Notes under the pieces: generated by a model
What the model was told of the DNA's origin: nothing
The model's input: the letters and a program-made list of their open reading frames with translations, nothing else
Database searches by the model: none
Position numbers and translations under genes: made by a program
Origin: Bilabrum cf. latius
Taxonomy: Eukaryota
Assembly: GCA_965178125.1 (NCBI GenBank)
Contig: OZ237746.1
Coordinates: forward strand, 620,001-684,000
Reading direction: 5' to 3'
DNA length: 64,000 nucleotides
In this document: positions 48,891-60,500 of the stretch, piece by piece
Layout: every line of letters begins with the position of its first letter
Position numbering within the stretch: position 1 is the first letter of the stretch

Positions 48891-50201
48891 ATGGCCGGAC
48901 TGTCTGCTCCGGATGAGTTGTTTGAAGTAAAGGAATAGTTCTTTCTAGGGAACCACTCAGCAGCAATTAGCGCAGCAGCGTCTGTGTCTGGCCTGGACGA
49001 GGAGCAGACTGCCAAGCGCGACGCGTTCGTGTACCGGTGAGCCAGGTTCAATTGTTCGGCGCAAGCACGGCACAATATGTGTGCTATAAGTATGTCGTTT
49101 TTGGCAGTACGTTCCCGCATCGCAGGGCTTATATTGCACAGGGCAATCCGCAGGTAGTCCTCGCTGAGGTGCCGGCGAGCGAGACCAGACCTCCGTTGCG
49201 AGCGGTGCGGGCCCTCGCTGAATATACTTCAAATGAAAGCGATAGGCCTAGGATAGCAGAGGACGTAAATGGTTGGCGATCGGCGGGGTCTGGCATGGAC
49301 TCAGACGCAGTTGCAGCGATCGTGGCAGCGACCATCCTCACTTCTGAGGGCCGCACGTCCGATGCGTTCAAGGCGATTGCCAAGGAAGATACGATGGAAA
49401 AGTGAGGCTGGGCGCCGCCTCCGAGTCCAGCTTGTTCGTTTCCTGGGAAAGCTGCGATTGTGCTGTTGCGCGGCAACGTGGATCGTCCTGCTCGCCTCTC
49501 CTGACTCTCCCGAGTGCCACGATATTGCGTGCAGCTATAAGGCCAGTGCATATGCAGGACCTGAATTGTATGCACTGGTCCCATCGGTTGCGCTTGACGT
49601 CTGAAACAGCTCCTCGTGTGCCCGAGCACATACCCGTCAACCCCACTGCTGCCCATGACCAAGCTAGCCTTTCCTGACCGCCTCCCACTCGTCACATCCG
49701 TTTTGCTCGTCGTCCCGCAGGCGCGCCATGGCTGTGCAGCTGCTCCTGCGCATGGACAGGGCGGATCTCGCCCGGGCCCGGGCCGATAAGATGCTGCGAG
49801 ACGACGTGGAGGCCACTCTGGCGGTGCTCTCGGGCGCCTGGGTGTCGCTCTACGAGGGGGGGCCTAAATGTGCCGAGGCCGCCGCGGCGCTGGGGGAGCT
49901 GAAGGACCGCAGGGGAGTCAGTCCCGTGCTTAGCTCTGCGATCGGCGCTGCGATGCTCGCCGCTGGTCGGGTGGGCGATGCTGAGGCTGCTTTCCACGAG
50001 GCCGGCGGGAGGGGCCCCGCCGCGGGGGATGCTCTCGTGAACCTGGTTGCAACCTCGCACCTGCAGGGCAAGGACGAGACCCACATCGGGAGACTGGAGG
50101 CCCAGCTCAAGGCCGAGGCGGGTGAGCACCCGGCGGTCAAGCAGCTCTAGGTGGCCGAGTCCGCCATGGAGAGGGCAGCGGCGGCGGCAGAGGAGGCGTG
50201 A
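48891..50201 (+). CDS. COPE: Coatomer subunit epsilon; exons 48891-49036, 49126-49401 and 49721-50201
   Basis: DELFEVKE-x-FFLG, AFVYR|AYIAQG, AMAVQLLLRMDRADLA, DALVNL and HPAVKQL-x-VAESAMER. GT-AG introns at 49037-49125 and 49402-49720; TAGs at 48936 and 50148; ends at TGA. Confidence 0.9.
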
Positions 50202-50370
50202 GAGGTGTGGGACACTAGACGGTATGAATTAGAGTCTTTGTCTGAGTAAATATAGCTTCAAATGTGCCAGAATAATTCAGATGTGAAGTTGCGTTATGAT
50301 TGCCAGTGGAGAAAAGTCTGAATTCGATAACTTGATGACGGAGACGAAGGCATCTCGCATCGCAAGAGAT

Positions 50371-50721
50371 ATGCAGCGCATCATTCAGCAGCTACTTAAT
50401 GACGTCGTTGTAAAGGCTATTGCGGACAATCCGATCGTGCAGCGCGTCGCCTACAACTCGGTTGAGGGTCTCAAGAATATCGGAAAGAAAGCGGGCGAAG
50501 CTGCAATCAGCAAGACAGGTGTTGCCCCCAAGGCCACGCAGTCTGCCACTAGCAGTCGATCTGCTTCGACCATGGCGTAGAAACAGATACCAAAGTCAGC
50601 ATCACAGCCCTCTGGCAGGCCTGCGAAGAAGGGATTTTTCGAGTCGCTTGCCGAGGAAATGCAGAGAGATATGAATCAAATGGCTGGAAAAGCCAAGGGT
50701 AGAGATGGCGGCAGACTGTAA
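50371..50721 (+). CDS. Small protein (~116 aa), weakly NCBP2-AS2-like
   Basis: MQRIIQQLLNDVVVKAIADNPIVQRVA...; TAG at 50578 is followed by protein-like KKGFFESLAEEMQRDM; ends at TAA 50719-50721, then AT-rich sequence. The family guess is weak. Confidence 0.55.
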
Positions 50722-51103
50722 TTTATATGTTCTTTATTGAACACGTGATATGAACAGATTCGTTTGGGACATTCGAGAATAGCGTGGACATGCCTGGTGC
50801 ACTGCAACTAGGACGCTGCGCTGGTAGCGAAAATGGCGCGCCTCGTCCAGTTGCAATCATAAATTCCACCATACAAGGTCTGGCATTGGCCTTCGCCGCC
50901 GCCCTCAATGTGAAGCCTGGAATGGGAAGCCTGACAAATCCGCCTGCCACTCGATTCCGGCAGGTGCCCTCGAGCTGCCAATCGCAAAGTCAAAGGAAAG
51001 TTTGGGATACGTCCATCGTGGTGCAGGAGTGCTGATGCTAGACGATTAGATATCATCCGTGTACCACCAGTGTACTGGCCTCATTGCTTCTGCCTCCTTC
51101 TCC

Positions 51104-51407
51104 TCAGCAACCCGAAACTGGCTTGTAGACGTGGACTGTGTCCCCATCCTCGATCCCTAAGTTCTTAATCCGTTCGTACAAATCGGCCCTATCCCCATCT
51201 ACAAGTATCCCGAAATCATGTAGCTCATGTTGAGGTACACCAAATCTCTGAGCGTAGGCATCCAAGATCTGCGTAAGCCGCACTCTACCATTCAACAGAA
51301 CCGTAAGGGAATTTCCATCAATATCAACGCATTTCACACTTATCTTGCTACTCTTAGGCTGTGTATAGCTTGCAGCGGACGTGCTAGCCACTATGCGCTT
51401 TGATTTG

Positions 51408-51499
<92 letters not shown>

Positions 51500-52303
51500 C
51501 ATTGAAGACTAGCCACCCGTTCCCATGGGGTTCTATCCGCTTGGAGACTAGCCACCCGTTCCCATGGGGTCTACTTTTGCATCGATTCGAATACTTCCAG
51601 CAAGCCCCATGCTTGTCAGTGCAACCGGCGAAGTCCTGGGTACATGACTGGAGGCGGGTGCTTGGGCAGGCGCAGGAGCAGGGGCAGAGGACGGGGCAGG
51701 GGCAGAGGACGGGGCAGGGGCAGAGGACGGGGCAGGGGCAGAGGATGACGGTATGCCACCTGGGCGCACATCCCCACAGGATGCTGCTCCTGGCCGCAGC
51801 TCTGGCATCAACTCCTGCCTATCAATACCCCATGCATCCATGGGTGCTTCCTCTCCAAATATCAAACGATACATTGCAATACCACGCGCCCGCCTTGACT
51901 CGATCGCTGCTGCCGAGTGAAGACCAGTGTCGGGGTCGTGAGCCACCGACATGGGGATGCCGCGAGATCGCCCGATCTCAGACAGGCAAGCACTTGCTTG
52001 AGACCAATGCCGAGTGCGCAAGATCAGCCCATGCCACTGCTCTGTGATCTTCGGGCTGGCAGAGATCCACGGCCGCAGGGAGATTTGGGACGGACCATCG
52101 GTCGGGCCTCCGTCAGCGTTCGGGTTCGGCGTGTGCTGCTCCGTGCATGCTGCTTTGAGGGCGAGAAACCTAGCAAGCTCTCGCTTGCTGGAATCCGCGA
52201 AGTACTCTAGCTTCAGGATCGCAGCTTCGGCTTCCCTTGCAAGAGATCGTCTGCAAATCGTGATGCTCCCGGAAGACGAAGACGCTGATGTTGCGCCGTT
52301 CAT
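51104..52303 (-). CDS. GRDP/DUF1399-like N-terminal domain fused to a C-terminal SUMO-like (Rad60-SLD-type) domain, ~399 aa
   Basis: ELARFLALK...SPKITEQWHGLILRT...HDP...YRLIFGEEAP..W, then KISVKCVDIDGN...ILDAYAQRFGV...VDGDR...LGIEDGDTVHV. Joined by TAGs at 51548, 51533 and 51509; ends at TGA. Confidence 0.65.
51408..51499 (-). repeat. (GCAGGA)n hexamer microsatellite encoding an Ala-Gly linker, about 15 units
   Basis: Perfect cctgct tandem on the + strand. Confidence 0.92.
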
Positions 52304-52643
52304 GGCCGATGCAGCAAACGTAGTACACGTTGAATTTTAAGTCTCTTCTTGAATAATATAGGCCCGTAAGCGTTGACAGGAAGCTACCTCAAAGCGATGA
52401 CAATTTGTTGTATTTTTTCAGAATGCAACCAACGGTATTGCTGCTATTATTGCGCCCAAAGGCATCGACGTGTAGCAATACTGTACTCAAATACCGCCGA
52501 TTTTTTTTTGCCCGAAGGCAAGGAAAATGATCACAATCACACGTCATGAACCATGATCCAATTTTCGATCGGAGCAACTGCCTTTCCAAAATACTGACAA
52601 CTTGTAGAACGAAGCAAGCAACAATCAGACCCATGAGAACCCA

Positions 52644-55600
52644 ATGATCATGAATTATGCCGCTCCCAACTTGCCTGGCCGCGCTGTATATGCCGTGCAA
52701 GCTGCTTGTGTACTCATGATAGCTGCACGGTCGGCCGAAGTTGCAATGGAGCATGAGCCTATACAGGATGCAACAGCCCCAGCCTTGGCAGATATATATA
52801 GTCAATATACTTTTAATGTGGAGTTCAATCGCAAAGAAAGAGATAAGGCTGGACTCGGACGTGTCAAACAATTGGATACATTGGGTAGCTCATTTTGCAA
52901 CATGGTGGAGCTGTCGAACCCCCCACATCATCATATTACATACATAGTATCCATGAGTCCCTTAGATTCGCTGACTTTGCATTTCCGGACGGCTGCCAGC
53001 AGCCAGCCTCTTGATGAACCGGGAGCAGTAGGGTGGAAGCAGGAGTGCTGCTTGCGTGCAGCCCGCAAGGTATCGGTAGCAGTAAATTGGGCACGGCAGC
53101 CGCCACAGAATGCAGCGGCACCCAAGCAGGTCCCACTGCATATCGCACGTGCGGCAAAGTGCTATGCCGCACTAGCAAAATGCATTAAACCGAGCACCCA
53201 GGATGCCGAGGCAGGCCTCGATTCCATCGGGAAGGCGTGGCTCTTGGGCAAACTCGACGAGCCACTGCACAGCAATAATTGCATTGCAATGCACCCACAC
53301 GCAGGCTGGGACCAGCCGCGAATGCTAGAGGCGAAGGCAGAGGTCGTGATCGGCACGATGCGGACACGGCGACACCTCCCCATTGACCCCTCCGTGGGGT
53401 CGCACTCCATCGGGGGCATCCAGGCGGCCACGGGGGAAGTGGGCCTGCAGCTGTCGTGCGGGCCCATGGTAGGTCCACTCCCAGGGAACAAGGTCGCCTG
53501 CTGTTCCTCCACGAGGACCGTCAGCGTGCTCCCCGCGATCGCCCCAGACATCGGCATGTTCAGCCTCCTGCACGAGGACCGACTGTTCCCTGGTGTAGCC
53601 CGGTCAGGCCTCCGTGTGTTCCCTAGTCAAGACCGGCCAGGTTTTCGTCTCGATACAATGGATGTGAAAGAGCCCGGGCAAGGGTCAATGGATGTGAAAG
53701 AGCCCGGGCAAGGGTCAATGGATGTGAAAGAGCCCGGGCAAGGGTCAATGGATGTGAAAGAGCCCGGGCAAGGGTCAATGGATGTGAAAGAGCCCGGGCA
53801 AGGGTCAATGGATGTGAAAGAGCCCGGGCAAGGGTCAATGGATGTGAAAGAGCCCGGGCAAGGGTCAATGGATGTGAAAGAGCCTGGGAAAGGGTCAATG
53901 GATGTGAAAGAGCCTGGGAAAGGGTCGAAACTGGGGCTCGGGCCCTCGCTTGCAAGCAGGTCTCTAGGCGGGGCCCTGGCTCGATCAGCCGCTAGGGAAT
54001 CCCTGGCCTACGATGCCAGTGGTGGAGGTGGAGGTGGCGGTGCAGGTGGTAACAAGGTCAAGGGTAGGGCAGATGGTGCGCAAGACGAGCACCGTAGGAC
54101 AAACTAGGGTGCATCGATCCCTGCTACATCCGATACCGCAGGCCGCAAGCTGGTGTGCTTCCTCGGCACGGCGGACTCCTTCGATGGCATCAAGGCGGGC
54201 TGGCTGCTCCAGGCAGGAAGGATACGGGAGCTGGCCGGGGCCAGGGCCAGACTGGTGCATCGCACTGCAGCGACGGAACACAGAAGCGCGCAGGCAGTAG
54301 GGCATAGTGCCCATAGTGGCAATCCACCCGTGGACCACCGGCAGCACAGCGGCATGGGCATGGGCATAGGCTGGAAGGGTGTGCATCCCGTCCTGGCCAA
54401 GCAGCTGCAGGACGCTGGATGGGAGGCGATCGGGAGCCCTGCTGGGCCGGCCCTGCACCGCGAGGGCCTGCCCTAGGAGAGCGGGCTGTGGCCCTTGGAC
54501 GGGGGAACCCTGGCTCTGCTCGCAAGGGACGTGGTGCGGCGTATGAAAATGCAGGGGCACTGCGATGGGCAGGAGGCCTTGGGGGCGGAGGCTGCCCTGG
54601 CGGCTTGGACGGCTGTATGCGAGAGTAGGCGGGGGGAGGCGCCATGGGGGGATGCGTTGTAGCGTGCACTTTCTGGTGGTACTGACCAGGCCGTGGCAGC
54701 CGGAGCGCCGAGCACAGCCGCGGTCAGGTCGCAGATCGAGACTGCAGCTCCCCAGACGATCAGCTGGTCGGAGCAAGAACTGGACGCGCTGTATGTAGCG
54801 TGCAATTCTGGCATAGAACGATCTGCTGTGACCCACGACAAACAGCGAGCGGGTATCAAAGACAGCATGCAAACGAAACTACAGGTGCTGCTGCGGTCGC
54901 TTGGTCCAGGCGGGGAGGCGCCTGCCCGATTGCTCGAGTGGGGGGCGGAGCAGGGGCATCGCGCGTTGGATGGGCTCTGCGGGTGTGATGTGGTGCAGTT
55001 TGCCATCACAAGCAGCCCTGCCGACGTTGTGGTACCAGAGGCTGCGCGCGCTGCGGGTGCTCGCGCGCTCATCGCCGTGAACACAGGGATCAACAGGCAG
55101 CATGTGGGTGCCAGGCTGGCGGGCGTGACGGTGCTGGCGGGACTCAGCGACCATGCCAGAGATGTGCTGGCGATGGATGCGCTAATCCACGGGTGGAGCG
55201 TCTGTAGGGGGTCAATCCATGGGAAGGGTGTGGTCGCACCGCACCTTGGGCTTGTACCCCTGGAGGGAACCCTGCATGCCCCCATGGTGGGGTAGTCATC
55301 CGAGGCCATGCAGGCCGTGCCCGAGACAATCGTCAAAGAGGCTGGCCCATGCATTGTACCCGGTGATGATGCACAGCGCATACCTGCTGGCGAGCAAGAT
55401 GCTTATAGTGGATCCGAAGGTGGAACCCAAATGCCGCTGCAGATTCCCGTGGTGACCACCCGTCTCGCTGGTGACTAGGATCTATTCCGCCCCGGGGATC
55501 CAAGGAAACTCGACGAAGGCTCTATCACTGTCGGGTACGTGGGTCGGTTGTCGCCGGAAAAGGGTATTCTCTTGCTACTCGAGGCGGTTGGCATCATGCG

Positions 55601-56960
55601 CGGTAGTGCAGTGCATGTTCGCGACTGGGAGCCCGCCGGCCTGGCACTGGGAGTCGCGCTTGCGTCCTGCGTAAATCCCGACAGTGGGCGCCTGGCACAG
55701 CTAGATATTCACCAGTGGCGAGACACACAGCCTGTACATGCTGCTCAGCGGGTGAGGGTACGAATTGACCGTCCTAATGCCTCGCTCGAGCCAAACGGGG
55801 GCGCGAATCGTGACAGCTCCGGCCGGCTGCAGACCATTGCAGCTGTGATTGGAACGGCTGCATGCTGGGATATCGTATCTGCATGGCGGGATGCTGTGCC
55901 AGTGTTTGACGACGCGGGGCGCAGTGAGGGTGTGACGAGTGATAGGGGGCGGCAGGCGCTCCTTGCCGAAGGAGTCGCCGACGCGCTCCGGGGCTTCCTT
56001 CTATTGGCGAATAGCAAGGGCAAGGATATGGAGGATGGCTGGGACGAGGGTAAGGAAGAAGCAAAGGCCCGAGATGCAATGGATGCAGGCCTAACCATGG
56101 GCCCCCCTGCCTTGCCCCTTGATGGAAGGCAGCGTCGCATGCTGTGTAGCGCGGTGCGGTGGCTCCTTCCGGCCCTTGGCTGCAACGATAGCGACGTCAG
56201 CACCAGCAAGTCTACGTATGTCGAGCGGGAGACGGGCACGAGCGCCCACGAATATGCGTTGTTCCCGCGAACCATTCGACTGGCACTGCCACCTACCACC
56301 CAACGAATTCGACTCCGGATCATTGGATCCGGGGAACAAGAGGGCCTGATCAGGCGGGCCACCGCAGAGATGGGTCTCGGTGACGTGGTGGATTTAGCGG
56401 GCGCAAAGTATGGTGCTGACCTGGCCAAAGAGGTTGCCCAGCTCGATTTGCTGGTGCTGCCATCCGTGCGGGAAGAATCGGAAACGTTCGGGATGGTGCT
56501 TGCGGAGGCAGCGCTGGCTGGGGTGCCCCGAGTGGCGATGGGTTTGGGCGGGCCTCTGGATGCCGTGGACCATGGGACGGGAGGGGGGTTGCTCGTACCT
56601 TTCGTGTCGCCGCTGCTGCTGGCACTGCAGGTGCAGGCGGCAGCGGGTCATGGTACGCTTGACTCTGGAGCGATTCGGTCCCATGCTCTTGCAAGGGGGC
56701 TTGGCAGTCGGGACATGGGTGCTCGGTTTGCGGCATTTGTCCTTTGTCTTGCGCGATGTCCGCCCATGGGCTCCGAGGGTCGAGATGGGGTGTATGGGCT
56801 GCTTCAATTGAGGGTCGGTACTGAGGCATGGGATAGCAAGTTGAAACCCAGCGAAGCTCGGTTTTTGAGTGGCCTTGCAACGAGAGGGTGCACTTCGGCT
56901 CGTGCGATTGCCTGCGCGGGGCGTTGCGCGTGGTCGGATGTTGGTACTGAGAGCTACTGA
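52644..56960 (+). CDS. Large GT4 (GT-B fold) glycosyltransferase with a hydrophobic N-terminus, ~1438 aa
   Basis: ITVGYVGRLSPEKGILLLLEA, LRIIGSG and LDLLVLPSVREESETFGMVLAEA (EX7E). Four track ORFs share one frame, joined by TAGs at 54105, 54474, 54660, 55293 and 55476; ends at TGA. Confidence 0.75.
53658..53927 (+). repeat. 30-bp coding minisatellite, 9 units (MDVKEPGQGS x7, MDVKEPGKGS x2)
   Basis: atggatgtgaaagagcccgggcaagggtca repeated head-to-tail with no spacers. Confidence 0.95.
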
Positions 56961-57018
56961 TCAGCCGACCTAGCCTGAATCTCACAGTTTCCAATATAGG
57001 CCTTTCAGTGTCAATGAA

Positions 57019-57444
57019 TCAGTCCTGGCTGATTCCGAATCGTGTTGCTAAGTGGTCCTTTGGGCCTGGCTGCACTGCCGTGCCAGCCTGCACTACGGTC
57101 TGCAGCAAGGCGCCTGCATACAGCGTGAACTGCGCCATCTGTTTGCCAGCCATTCCCAGCGGGATCTCTCTTAGGTGAGCCACGGTCCCCACCGCAAACA
57201 TCAGCAGCAGGCACCCCCTCCCGCTGCTGCGCGTGGACTGTAGGGGCTTATCCCGGCCAATAGCACTGCATATACCGTCACGCCTGTAGTAATGTGTGCC
57301 GCAGTAACCCTGTATCGCAGTATGCAATTTTTTTAATGCTTTGTCACCTTCTGGTGTGTGTGGTGCATCGCCGGGCTCGGCTGATAGCGGAACCTTCAAG
57401 AAGTTCAAGTTGTGCGTGCTGAAGCAACGGCTCTACGGCAACAT
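57019..57444 (-). CDS. Possible small hypothetical protein (~141 aa)
   Basis: ATG at 57444, one TAG at 57433, then track ORF 57019-57408. It fills an otherwise empty gap but has no recognisable motif. Confidence 0.3.
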
Positions 57445-57556
57445 CCTTCATATTTTACACGCATTGACCTGAACTTATGTATGATTAGCGTTAAGAAAGA
57501 CTAAAGCTAGCCTCAGGTAGTGCTGAAATCAGTGCAGCCACATCGCAATAGCGGCA

Positions 57557-60500
57557 ATGCTGCTCTTGGTGATGATGGCCCCCCTATTGTTTGCCGTTGG
57601 GTTGTCCGACGGCAGTGGCGTCCATGTAAACTACACGCGTTTGTATGCGTTGGACGGTCGAGAGCTGCTAGCTGAAGATGACAGCCGGTTCAAGAACTGG
57701 CCTGGGACGTTTGCAGTAATCCGGCCTCCTTGGGCTGGAATCGGGGGCAACGGCATGGCCCCATTCGGCAAAATATTTCGAGATGAATTTTCGCTCATTG
57801 TTGAAGACCCAGAGCGGCTGGATGGTGTCTCTACCCACTAGAACAGCGCATGCGTGGCGATGGCACGTGCGGGCGCACCACACCGCTTGGATGAGCATCT
57901 GAGGGGCAACCGCCGTGGACCACGCGAATATTTAAGTTCAGACCGTCTCGTTCGGCCATGGATGCGGGCAGAGTGGTACATTGGCGATTGCAAGACGTCC
58001 CCGACCGGTGCGAGCAATGAAACCGCGTTCTCCTACGACGGACAACCGCACGCGCTCGCAGACCTCCTGCGAAATCCGTACAATAGCATGTTTTTGTCCC
58101 ATCTTGGATTTGGCGGAGGAGATATCCGGGGCTTCACGCCCGCTCCGATCACCACAATCGCGACCCCTTGTGACGTTGGCTCGGCGGGGGGCAGCTCCAC
58201 GCCGGGCTCCGTGGACGACCTGCTCCTCTTCACGGGGGAACAAGGGCAAGGGGTCATGCTCGAGCTGGGGCGGGGAGCACTCGTGGGCGAAGCATCAGTA
58301 GGTACGGATCAGACCAGGGACCTTGGCCCTGCCATTGGGGTGCACAAGCTGTCGAGGGGGGCGCCCAGCAGCGGGGTAATAGAGGGGCTCGCATTCGCCG
58401 CGGCGAGCGCCGGCGATGTTTCGATGGATGGTCTACCCGACATGGTAGTGGCTTCGTATCGCGGAGAATATGGTGCGGTCGATCCTGTTGTCGTGCTGAG
58501 CCGTGTCTGGAGACCGGTGAATAGGGAGGCAAAAACTCAGGTGCTCTGGCACGTTGAGTCTGATGATGACGCAGTGCAGCATGCTAGAGGGGGGCTGGCA
58601 TGGCTCTGTGACGGTACAGTCAGCACGATCGTGCCAACACAAGTGGCTGCAGGAGCACCCATCGGCGGTGTTCCCCAGGAGTCGCTGCTCGACGCATCCG
58701 TGATGGTGCTGGGCTCCCCATCGGCCCAGAGCGGCAGGGGCGGGTTCTCCCTGTTCTGGATATCCAAAGAACTAGAGCCTAAGATACGAGCATTTGTGCC
58801 CGTGCAGCCCAGTGCAGGCACGCTGGCAGGTGTGACGATCCCATTGAATGCCAAGCTGGGCCAGCACGTTGCATCTGGTGACGTGGACGGTGACGGGGTG
58901 AGGGACCTGATCAGCTCGAGCGATGGGCACGGGCTGCTGGTGCTGCTCATGGGGGCTGGGGGGTGGGCGCCAGGGGGCGGGCGTGTTCCTGGTGCTTTCA
59001 TTCGGGAGGCCGTGTGGGTGGGCGGGATAGAGCCAGCGGCTGGGTGCAGCTTGGGGGCGGGGATCCACCCGCTACCTGCCCTGCCCAACTACGCATCCGG
59101 GGTGCGACTGGCTATCGGCAGGCCGTGCCAGAGCTCGAGCGATCACTGGGGCTCGATCGAGGTGGCTGTGCTGGAGGTAAATCACGGGATGGGCGAGCCA
59201 GAGGAGGGGTTCAGCTGGAGCCAGATGCAGCTGTCTGGGCTGGTGCCCGGTGAGTGGGAGCTGCCCGACTCGGCAGCCGATCTGAATGATGCGGATGCGG
59301 ACGAGTTCAGGTACGTATACTTCCGGTCTGGCCTGCCCGTGCACGCGGGACAAGACGTATCAAAGCCGCAGTACGGCAGCCGGGATGCTTCCGTTCCCGG
59401 GCATGAAGCCGTCACAGTGCAAGGCCCGTCCCTGCCCCGTCCTCTGCTTCTTGGGACCCTGGAGCCCGTGGCCGTGCTAAGGAGGGAGCCGGACTGGGCG
59501 CTCCCCGCATCAAATGCGCAGTGGAAGTCATTTGGCGGACAGCGGCAGGCGGACCCCGTGGGCACTTCGTGGAGCTCAGTGAGGCCAGACCGACCGCCCG
59601 TGTGCTGCGTATCGCCGCAGACACCCAAGGCCGTCATCCAGAACACGCACGAGCAGCTTGCGTTGTAGCTCCGGGTCCCACACCCGAGTGACCGACCCCG
59701 GCTGTCAGTGCCCCCTGTGGTGGAGCTGTGCGTGGTGCCGACTGCGCTGATCGCCGCGCACTCAGGACAGAGGATTGTGGACAGCAACAGCGGGGAGAGA
59801 ATCGATGCAGGGGATACGAGAGCGTTGGCCGGGGCGTGCTTTGCACCGCAATGGAATGCATCGAGCGGTGTGTCTGGGAGCATGCTGGAAGGCGTGGCCT
59901 TGCAGCCGTGGGTGTCCGCGGAGAGTGCTGGCTGGGCGGTAGCTCTGTACAACGACACGGTGAACTAGCCAATGCCCGTTTCTAAAATTGCGTCTGTGAA
60001 CGTTCCGAACACGGCGCAGGCTGAGTACATGGCCCGCGTTGTGAGCGCTAGATGGCCCGCCTTCGTGTCAGCGGATCGGCTGGCGGCCGCTGAGGACACC
60101 CTGCAGCGGTGTAGCACCGACCCCGAGGCGCCTTGTTCCCCCGGCGTGCTGCCCCCCTCCGAGCTACCCCTGTCGGTGGCGACTCCTGCCCTGCCCACCG
60201 GATTGCTGTCCGTGCGCGTGTCCTACCCTACAACCAACGGGAGTGCTCCTGGGCGTGGGGGTGACTGGGTGACGGCAGAGTGCAGGGGCTGTGCCTGGGT
60301 GGGCGGCTCTCAGTCCTTCCCCGCTCGGCTGATCGGGGGACTGGGGCGTGGTGCGGAGGACGAGGGGGGAAGCAGGGGGAAGGACGGGGCCTGGATCTCA
60401 ACGGGTGAATTCGGGCGAGCGAAGAGCTCAGATGCCCACACCGGATTTGGTGCTTCCACAGCTTGGTTCGACGTGGATGGAGATGGGCAGCTGGATGCCA

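Larger units (their letters stand above)
2791..55941. repeat. Dispersed 11-12 bp motif (G)TGTGACGAGTG / CACTCGTCACA(C); the span covers the first to last exact copy
   Basis: Exact 11-mer starts at 2791, 12417, 22380, 24010, 28278, 28398, 33934, 39294, 47922, 48815, 49686 and 55931. One-mismatch variants at 2825, 21112, 28872, 31527, 32133, 35093, 60535 and 63765. Confidence 0.85.

Noticed and set aside
51548-51560. ORF ending ...TGG-stop that mimics a SUMO diglycine terminus
   Set aside because: The stop is a TAG inside a duplicated linker unit; the SUMO-like domain lies further downstream in the same frame.
53658-53927. CRISPR-like appearance of the 30-bp repeats
   Set aside because: No unique spacers, the repeats are in frame within a CDS, there are no cas genes and the context is eukaryotic.
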